55,568 nt of DNA from Candidatus Woesearchaeota archaeon. GTDB taxonomy: Archaea > Nanobdellota > Nanobdellia > Woesearchaeales > JAGWAF01. The translations under genes were made by a program, and so were the position numbers. The stretch lies in contig JAFGCE010000085.1 in assembly GCA_016932755.1 (NCBI GenBank), positions 1-55,568 of the forward strand, given 5' to 3'. The notes under the pieces are model-generated. The model did no database searches. It was not told the DNA's origin and saw nothing but the letters and a program-made list of their open reading frames with translations. Shown in pieces: positions 28,251 to 34,543 of the stretch (its first letter is position 1; each line of letters starts with the position of its first letter).

Positions 28251-28720
28251 CCAGCTTCTCTGTTCAGCTCAAAGTCGAAACTGAGCAAAAAATCCTCTGC
28301 CCTTTCCCCAAGCTGTTCTCTAAAAAGCTGATAAACGTCTTTGCAAAAGCAGTGGGCGCAGACTCTCATGTCTCTTCCGCATATGATACAGTTAACTCCG
28401 TCCTGTGTATAGGCATCAAAAATCCCTGTGTAATCCCTTAGCTTTGGCACAAGGGATGGGTTAAAGTCGGCGAGCCAATGCTCGACTTCCCTCTGCAGGC
28501 ACTCTGGGCATATTGGGTTTGTGATTGCCTCTTGGCAAATCACACATTTTTCTTTTTGCGGCATTTTTGTCACCTCGGTTTTTTTGGTTACCAAGGGACA
28601 GGCAACACACCACTTTTTTCTGGCTCGTTTAGAAGTTGGCGATGCATTGCAAGTCCCGTGATTTTGAGCGGTTCTTAGCAACACATCGGATAATCGCCGA
28701 ATGTCTTGATCTGAGAGCAC
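28247..28720 (-). CDS. Cys-rich double zinc-ribbon protein (start uncertain)
   Basis: CVIC..CPEC and CIIC..CAHC pairs. The ORF-track start is a GTG at 28720. An internal ATG at 28564 is preceded by a perfect GAGGTGA and would give 105 aa. Confidence 0.5.
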   Translation of the reverse strand: MLSDQDIRRLSDVLLRTAQNHGTCNASPTSKRARKKWCVACPLVTKKTEVTKMPQKEKCVICQEAITNPICPECLQREVEHWLADFNPSLVPKLRDYTGIFDAYTQDGVNCIICGRDMRVCAHCFCKDVYQLFREQLGERAEDFLLSFDFELNREAG

Positions 28721-28887
28721 CCTTTAGCCTTGACAACCAGAACTTCCCAGTTGAACCTTCTATGTTCCTGGCTAAATATTGAGTGCTTCATAATACTCTA
28801 TCCTGCGCGATACCAATATTTAAGCTTTTCGCAAAAAAGCATTTTTTGGGGTTACTTTTTTAAACTTCCTTTGGTTTTGAGAATAAG

Positions 28888-29754
28888 ATGAAAAAATCAG
28901 ACAAAGCATTTGTAAAGAAAATAGAGAACAAGGTAAAGGAAACAATAAAAAAATACAAGCTTTTTAACAAGGGAGAAAAGATTCTTGTAGCAGCCTCAGG
29001 GGGAAAAGACAGCACAACCGTGCTTTATATTCTCAAAAAATTGGGGTATAACATCGAAGCAGTAACAATAGATGTTGCTATGGGAAGTTACACAAAAAAT
29101 AACCTTAAAAATTTAACTGAATTCTGCAAAAAAGAAAAGATAAACCTTTATTCAATGTCGCTCAGGGAGGAGTTCGGCGGCTCTGTCTGCTACATAAAGT
29201 CTGCATTGTCTTCAAAGGGAATAAAGCTTAATTCATGCGCTGTCTGCGGTGTTCTGAGAAGGTATCTTGTAAATAAGGCGGCAAAAAGGCTGAAAGCAAA
29301 GAAGCTTGTTACAGGGCACAATCTTGATGATGAAGCGCAGTCAATAATGATGAATTTTTTCAGAAACACGCTGCATTGGTCTGCAAGGCTAGGCCCAAAA
29401 TCAGGGATTGAGGGCGCAAAAGGCTTTATCCCGAGGGTAAAGCCGCTTTATTTTATTCCTGAAAAAGATATTGCAAGATATTCAAAAATAATGAAATTTC
29501 CTGTTTATTACGGCAAATGCCCATGCAGTGCAGAAGTTTTCAGGAGATTTACAGGAAACTTATTGAATGATTATGAAAAAACAAACCCGAAGCTAAAGGA
29601 AAATATTGCTGATTATTTCCTGAAGTCTCTTCCAAAACTCAAGCAGAAATACAAATTCGGGAATGCCAGGAGATGCATACAATGCGGAGAGCCTTCAAAA
29701 GAAGCAGTCTGCAGGGCATGCCAGATAATCTCGCAGGTAAAAGCTAAGGTTTAA
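28888..29754 (+). CDS. PP-loop ATP pyrophosphatase, TtuA/Ncs6-type tRNA 2-thiolation enzyme
   Basis: SGGKDS PP-loop, central CAVCG, GHNLDDEAQ, and C-terminal CIQCGE...CRAC zinc finger. Confidence 0.8.
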   Translation: MKKSDKAFVKKIENKVKETIKKYKLFNKGEKILVAASGGKDSTTVLYILKKLGYNIEAVTIDVAMGSYTKNNLKNLTEFCKKEKINLYSMSLREEFGGSVCYIKSALSSKGIKLNSCAVCGVLRRYLVNKAAKRLKAKKLVTGHNLDDEAQSIMMNFFRNTLHWSARLGPKSGIEGAKGFIPRVKPLYFIPEKDIARYSKIMKFPVYYGKCPCSAEVFRRFTGNLLNDYEKTNPKLKENIADYFLKSLPKLKQKYKFGNARRCIQCGEPSKEAVCRACQIISQVKAKV

Positions 29755-29779
29755 ATAAAACTCTTCTCTACAATAAACC

Positions 29780-30370
29780 ATGTATGTTGATATTGTTTTC
29801 CCGGATGGAAACGAAAAGGAATTTTTGGAAACAGCGGAAAAGCTGGGCTACAGCAGGCTGGTTTTTGTTTATGAAAAACAGATTCCAGAAGCCCCAAAAT
29901 CAAAAATCAAGATAATCACAGGGCTGGTTGCAGAGGAAAAAACAATCCAAAGGGCAAAAAACCTTGCAGGTTTGGTCCTTGTTAAGTCATCCAGAAATGA
30001 CAGGTGGGTTCTGGAAAAATCAAAAGCAGACATCCTGTTTGGGCTGGAAGAAGGGCAGAGAAAAGATTTTATGCACCACAGGGCTTCAGGATTGAACCAG
30101 ATACTGTGCAAGATTGCAAAACAAAAAGACAAGATGATTGCATTCTCTTTTTCAGCAATACTTAACTCTAAAGGAGAGAGGAGAGCCCAGCTTTTGGGCA
30201 AGATGATGCAGAACATCAAATTCTGCAGGAAATACAAAGTCAGGACAATACTCGCTTCTTTTGCAAAAACACCTTACGGCATGAGGGCGCCTAATGACCT
30301 TGTTAGTTTCGGTGTCAGCCTTGGGATGCATCCAAAAGAAGCAAAGGATTCAATGAGCTGGACAAAATGA
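29780..30370 (+). CDS. rnp3: RNase P protein component 3 (Rpp30/Pop family)
   Basis: From memory, the C-terminal half aligns with archaeal Rpp30 (KYKVR..L.S.A....R.P.DL.S.GV..GM....AK.S.S). 196 aa. Confidence 0.7.
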   Translation: MYVDIVFPDGNEKEFLETAEKLGYSRLVFVYEKQIPEAPKSKIKIITGLVAEEKTIQRAKNLAGLVLVKSSRNDRWVLEKSKADILFGLEEGQRKDFMHHRASGLNQILCKIAKQKDKMIAFSFSAILNSKGERRAQLLGKMMQNIKFCRKYKVRTILASFAKTPYGMRAPNDLVSFGVSLGMHPKEAKDSMSWTK

Positions 30371-31548
30371 ATAGCCTGTGGTTTTTTTTGCCTGGGATAC
30401 TCTATCTTGGCATTATAACATCTTATACAGACATAAAGTACGGCAAGATAAAGAACAGGGACATTGTTATTGGGATTTGTTATGCTTTTGCTGTTTATCT
30501 TGGGTTTATAATTTATTCACTAATAACAAAACAGGGAATAAATTATACCTATTTTCTTGAGCTTTGCACAAACACATTTTTTGCTTTGGCAATAGCTTTT
30601 GGATTGTGGTATTTCAAGCTCTGGTCTGCGGGAGACGGAAAATTATTTTTTGCTTTTGCTTTGCTGGTTCCTTTTGAGGTATATCAATATGGGAAGTATG
30701 ATTGGATTCCTTCCCTCACTTTGCTGTTTAATGTGTTTATCATAGGATTGTTTGCGATGCTTTTGCTGATACTCAAGAATGCAAGGATAAATGATTATGC
30801 AAAGATGTTAAAGACTTTTTTTAAGAATTTTTTTGGGCCTGTGAGGTTAGCAAAGAGCGCAGTTTCCTTGTTTGCAATGTTCTGGCTTATTGACATCGTA
30901 TTTTCTTATTTAGGATGGGAAGGAAACCGCGTTTTGAAATATTTATTTACATTTTTGATTCTTTCCCTGATTCCTGCATTAACCAGTACATTTCCAGCAG
31001 GGAACAAAAAATTCCAAATTGAGTACATTGAATTGTACATTTTTGGGGCAGTATCTGTTGTCAGGCTGGTCATAGACAAATCTGTTTATTCCAGTAGTTT
31101 TTTAGTGGAATTTATCATGATGCTCATTATCTGGAGGATTTTCAGGTCATTAATGAGGCATGGGTTAAGCTCTTTAAGCAAGGACGTGTTTTCTAAGGAA
31201 ATTTCTGTTAAAAAATTGAAACCCGGGATGATACTATCTGACAAAATAACTAAGGTTAAGAAACTAAGCAAAGACGAAATAAAAAAAGTGAAAGACAAAG
31301 AAATGATATTTGTGACTAAGGGGAATGCTTCTTATATCCTTGGGGGGTATAAATCCGCAAAAGAATATATTGATGTCGAATCTGAGGGGCTGGAGAAAGA
31401 GCATATAGAAAAAATAAGAAAAACCGGGCTTAAGAAAGTAAGAATCTCTACAACACTGCCGTTTGCCCCCCTTCTTTTCATGGGTGTTCTAGCGACATTG
31501 TTAATCAAAGGAAACATTTTAATATTAAGGTATTTTCTCTTGAAATAG
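30367..31548 (+). CDS. A24-family prepilin/preflagellin-type aspartic peptidase with a long C-terminal extension
   Basis: First catalytic Asp context SYTDIKYGKIKN and second Asp in WSAGDGKLFFAF (GxGDxK-like). Polytopic. About 150 aa of extra C-terminal sequence. Confidence 0.75.
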   Translation: MNSLWFFLPGILYLGIITSYTDIKYGKIKNRDIVIGICYAFAVYLGFIIYSLITKQGINYTYFLELCTNTFFALAIAFGLWYFKLWSAGDGKLFFAFALLVPFEVYQYGKYDWIPSLTLLFNVFIIGLFAMLLLILKNARINDYAKMLKTFFKNFFGPVRLAKSAVSLFAMFWLIDIVFSYLGWEGNRVLKYLFTFLILSLIPALTSTFPAGNKKFQIEYIELYIFGAVSVVRLVIDKSVYSSSFLVEFIMMLIIWRIFRSLMRHGLSSLSKDVFSKEISVKKLKPGMILSDKITKVKKLSKDEIKKVKDKEMIFVTKGNASYILGGYKSAKEYIDVESEGLEKEHIEKIRKTGLKKVRISTTLPFAPLLFMGVLATLLIKGNILILRYFLLK

Positions 31549-31558
31549 GGGTGATTAT

Positions 31559-31996
31559 ATGCCAGATTCCGGTAATCTTAGAATAGAAAACAATCAATTA
31601 ACCATCTCTGTTAATCCCAAGCTTTATCCTTTGGAGGCAGTTTATTCTGCAGCCTACGTTTTCATGGACAGGGCTTATATTGTTCTGGACGGTGACCCAG
31701 ACAAAGGAATACTTGTTAAAATGAAGCTCAAAAAAGAAGGTTCTTTGGAGACACTTGGAAATGAATTCAACAATGAGCTGCTTAATTATTCTGACTATCT
31801 AACTAGAGCAAAAGAGACAAAAATTATAAGAGAATTGCTACTGCAAAGAGCGATAATAACCAACGATTCTTCTGTAGCAGAAAGCATAGATTTTGATGAG
31901 CTTGAGAATCTTGAGGAAGAATTTTTAGATGACCCCGAGGGGATAGCTATCCCGTGGGAAGAAAAATATGGCAAAGATGAAAATAAACCTGAATAA
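31559..31996 (+). CDS. hxsD: HxsD-like protein (His-Xaa-Ser system accessory protein)
   Basis: From memory, the HxsD family is named for an LLNDYxLRE-like motif. Here: NEFNNELLNYSDYLTRAKE after an (N.K.Y..EA...A...F) N-terminal block. GGGGTGA SD. Sits next to HxsB- and HxsA-like genes. Confidence 0.6.
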   Translation: MPDSGNLRIENNQLTISVNPKLYPLEAVYSAAYVFMDRAYIVLDGDPDKGILVKMKLKKEGSLETLGNEFNNELLNYSDYLTRAKETKIIRELLLQRAIITNDSSVAESIDFDELENLEEEFLDDPEGIAIPWEEKYGKDENKPE

Positions 31997-32171
31997 TAAA
32001 TTCTATAAAAAGGAGGCAATAGAAAAAGCAATTGCGGCATTTAAGGAAGTGTGCCCTTGCAGAATTATTAATTGTTCTTTTGAGGTTGAGATCAATGCAG
32101 AAGATGATGCTGTTGCAGACGAGTTTTGTAATTTTGTCCTTGGCATAACAAAAGACAGCATGCTTTTCTAA
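31968..32171 (+). CDS. short HxsD-like paralog
   Basis: 67 aa. MKINLNNKFYKKEAIEKAIAAF aligns with VNPKLYPLEAVYSAAYVF of the preceding protein, and ADEFCNFVLG with NEFNNELLN. Overlaps the upstream gene by 29 nt. Confidence 0.4.
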   Translation: MAKMKINLNNKFYKKEAIEKAIAAFKEVCPCRIINCSFEVEINAEDDAVADEFCNFVLGITKDSMLF

Positions 32172-32173
32172 AA

Positions 32174-33553
32174 ATGGGGTATACTATAAACAATTACAGA
32201 TTCAGGGAACTTGATGATAACTATTTTATCACAACAGACAGCGGGAGCTGGATCGCTTTAAACAAGGATGAATTTAACAGCCTTAAATCCAAAAAAATTG
32301 ATGAAAAATTAAAGCAAAAGCTTTTGCAAAGGGAAATACTCTTAGATGAAACAAACGAAAATGAATTTGTTAATGACTTAAGGAAAAGGAACAGCTTTCT
32401 TTTCCAGGGAGCTTCTTTGCATATTGTTGTAGTTACTTTGAGATGCAACATGAACTGTGTCTACTGCCATGCAAGCTCAGTAAGCCAGGATAAGAAGGGG
32501 TTTGATATGGATAAGGACACTGCGAAAAAAACAGTAGACTTCATATTCCAGTCCCCAAGCCCAAATATAACAATAGAATTCCAGGGGGGTGAGCCACTTC
32601 TTAACTGGGAAATTCTCAAGTTTATTGTCGGTTACGCAAAGCAGAAAAACAGAACAGCAAACAAAAAACTTAGTTTTTCTGTTGTTACAAATCTTTCAAT
32701 GATGGATGAAGAAAAAATGCAGTATCTAATCAGGGAAAGGATCCTTGTTTGCACTTCTCTGGACGGGCCAAAAGAGCTGCATGACAAAAACAGGATATTT
32801 GCAAGTTCCAGCAATTATGGGCAGGTTGTTTTTTGGATTAAAAAATTCATGGAGGAATACAAAAAGAAAAAAATAGAGAATGCCCGGATAAATGCTCTGG
32901 TAACATTGACAAAAAAAAGCCTCGGATATCCTGAAGAGATAGTTGATGAATACGTTAACCTTGGGTTGAATTTTATCCATCTTAGATTCCTAAACAATCT
33001 CGGCGTTGCACAAAAAATATGGCCACAAATAAGCTATTCTGTTGAAGAATACCTTGCTTTTTGGGAAAAAGCCATGGGAAGAATAAAAAAACATCAAAAA
33101 GATGGAAAAGAAATCTCAGAAAGGATTGTTGACATAATAGCTCACAAGATAGGGACAAAATACGACCCAAATTATTTGGACCTGAGAAGCCCCTGCGGGG
33201 TTGCAATAGGGCAACTTGCCTACCATTATAATGGGGATGTTTACACATGTGATGAGGGCAGGATGGTAGGAGATGAAATTTTTCTTTTGGGCAATGTGAA
33301 AAAAGACAGCTATAAGGATGCAGTAACCTGTGACAAGGCTTGCGCTGTCCTGAATGCCTCAATAAATGACCAGTTTGTCTGCGATGCATGCGCGTACAAG
33401 CCTTACTGCGGGCTTTGCCCTGTCTGCAGTTTTTCAGAAGAAGGGAGCATAATTGGAAAGGTTAGCCAGTCTGCGAGATGCAGGATTTTCAAAAGGCAGT
33501 TTGACTGGGTTGTTAAGGAAAGATTTATAAATCAAAAAAAGGACAATAAATAA
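32174..33553 (+). CDS. hxsB: radical SAM/SPASM maturase, HxsB-like
   Basis: CNMNCVYC at 32444-32467, GGEPLL, and a C-terminal SPASM-type Cys cluster (CGV...YTCDEG...CDACAYKPYCGLCPVC...ARC). 459 aa. Confidence 0.8.
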   Translation: MGYTINNYRFRELDDNYFITTDSGSWIALNKDEFNSLKSKKIDEKLKQKLLQREILLDETNENEFVNDLRKRNSFLFQGASLHIVVVTLRCNMNCVYCHASSVSQDKKGFDMDKDTAKKTVDFIFQSPSPNITIEFQGGEPLLNWEILKFIVGYAKQKNRTANKKLSFSVVTNLSMMDEEKMQYLIRERILVCTSLDGPKELHDKNRIFASSSNYGQVVFWIKKFMEEYKKKKIENARINALVTLTKKSLGYPEEIVDEYVNLGLNFIHLRFLNNLGVAQKIWPQISYSVEEYLAFWEKAMGRIKKHQKDGKEISERIVDIIAHKIGTKYDPNYLDLRSPCGVAIGQLAYHYNGDVYTCDEGRMVGDEIFLLGNVKKDSYKDAVTCDKACAVLNASINDQFVCDACAYKPYCGLCPVCSFSEEGSIIGKVSQSARCRIFKRQFDWVVKERFINQKKDNK

Positions 33554-33564
33554 AAAGAGGTAAG

Positions 33565-33948
33565 ATGGCATCAGTATACAGCAGAATTCCAGTTTTTAAG
33601 AAAAAAATAAGCTCTTTTCTTGCAAAAGAAGACGGCAAGATTAGCAAGGAGAATTTGATTAAAGCAGGCATCTTGGCAGCAATCCTTTCTGCAGGAGCAG
33701 CTGCAAGCGCAAAACAGGTTTCTGCCAGTGTAAGCTGCGACCCGTCATGCAGTGGAAACCCAGACCCGCCTAATGAACTCAATGTAGATAAAGACCTTGA
33801 CCCTATCCATTATAATTTTTTGCGCTTGGGCAAGTCCGGAGGAGCTTTTCAGGGAACCCACGAGCACTGTATAGAATCCTGTCATGTAAGCCATTCCTCT
33901 CATGGCAGCCATGGCAGCCATGGCAGCCATAATTCAACAGGCTGGTGA
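33565..33948 (+). CDS. hxsA: His-Xaa-Ser repeat precursor-like protein (HxsA-like)
   Basis: 127 aa. Basic N-region plus hydrophobic AGILAAILSAGAAASA, two C-x2-S-C motifs, and C-terminal HVS-HSS-HGS-HGS-HGS-HNS-TGW. GAGGT SD. Confidence 0.75.
   Translation: MASVYSRIPVFKKKISSFLAKEDGKISKENLIKAGILAAILSAGAAASAKQVSASVSCDPSCSGNPDPPNELNVDKDLDPIHYNFLRLGKSGGAFQGTHEHCIESCHVSHSSHGSHGSHGSHNSTGW
33883..33936 (+). repeat. six in-frame His-Xaa-Ser codon triplets, including a perfect 3 x 9-bp tandem repeat (catggcagc, 33901-33927)
   Basis: Read directly from the sequence. Confidence 0.95.
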
Positions 33949-33970
33949 TTATTTTAACAGGCATAATAAA

Positions 33971-34543
33971 ATGGTATCCGAAAAAAGACCAACAATTCTT
34001 TTTTTTGTTTTAATCTTATTCGTTCTCATAGCTCTTGCTTTTTTGATTTATTTCTTTATGATGAGAGAGCCTGAACCAAAAATAAACGAGAGGGAGACAG
34101 TACAATTAGATATCATGATCTCCGAAACAAAAGGCATAACAGATTGCGAAGCCTTAAACTTCACTAATCAGAGTGTTAATTTCACAGATGAGCTATCCCC
34201 TGAAGAATGCAAAAGTTTGCTGTACTTACGAGAAATAGTTAAAAGAGGGGACTGCTCCTTGTCTCCTGCGGGCTACTTTGACGAGGAAATAATACTTGAA
34301 GGTGAAGTAACAAAATACTGCGAAGCCATAATTTCAGGGGATGCAAGCAAATGCAGCGATATAAATGTAGACACGATGAAGATTAGTTGCCGGTATTTTG
34401 CTGCAAGACTTGTCCAAGCGTACAGGGAAAAGAATGCAGCCCTGTGCGAATTAAATAAAGATGAGAGTTATACAGTACCTATTGAAAGCGAGGATTATTT
34501 TTTCCCATTAGATGTCTGCAAAGCATTGTCTGCAATGCCTTAA
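33971..34543 (+). CDS. N-terminally membrane-anchored Cys-rich protein
   Basis: ATG at 33971 (MVSEKRPTILFFVLILFVLIALAFLIYFFMM), then about 150 aa with 8 Cys. Last gene of the plus-strand Hxs string. Confidence 0.55.
   Translation: MVSEKRPTILFFVLILFVLIALAFLIYFFMMREPEPKINERETVQLDIMISETKGITDCEALNFTNQSVNFTDELSPEECKSLLYLREIVKRGDCSLSPAGYFDEEIILEGEVTKYCEAIISGDASKCSDINVDTMKISCRYFAARLVQAYREKNAALCELNKDESYTVPIESEDYFFPLDVCKALSAMP

Noticed and set aside
28565-28887. Comparatively GC-rich region (about 46-48% over 28571-28740) upstream of the zinc-ribbon gene. Considered as a structured ncRNA (RNase P RNA, SRP RNA, C/D sRNA or tRNA).
   Set aside because: I could not find the conserved RNase P (GAGGAAAGUCC-type), SRP helix-8, C/D box or tRNA T-loop/acceptor patterns on either strand. 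Part of it (to 28720) is in frame with the downstream Cys-rich ORF and contains a further CxxC, so it may simply be coding. An Rfam/Infernal scan would settle it.
33745-33970. ORFs reading MAAMAAMAA... on both strands (33902.. plus, 33745..33930 minus), and the possibility of a frameshift fusion between the HxS precursor and the downstream membrane protein.
   Set aside because: They arise from the CCATGGCAG repeat, which is open in several frames. The downstream gene has its own ATG at 33971 directly followed by a TM helix. A 9-bp unit slips in frame, so there is no specific frameshift signal.
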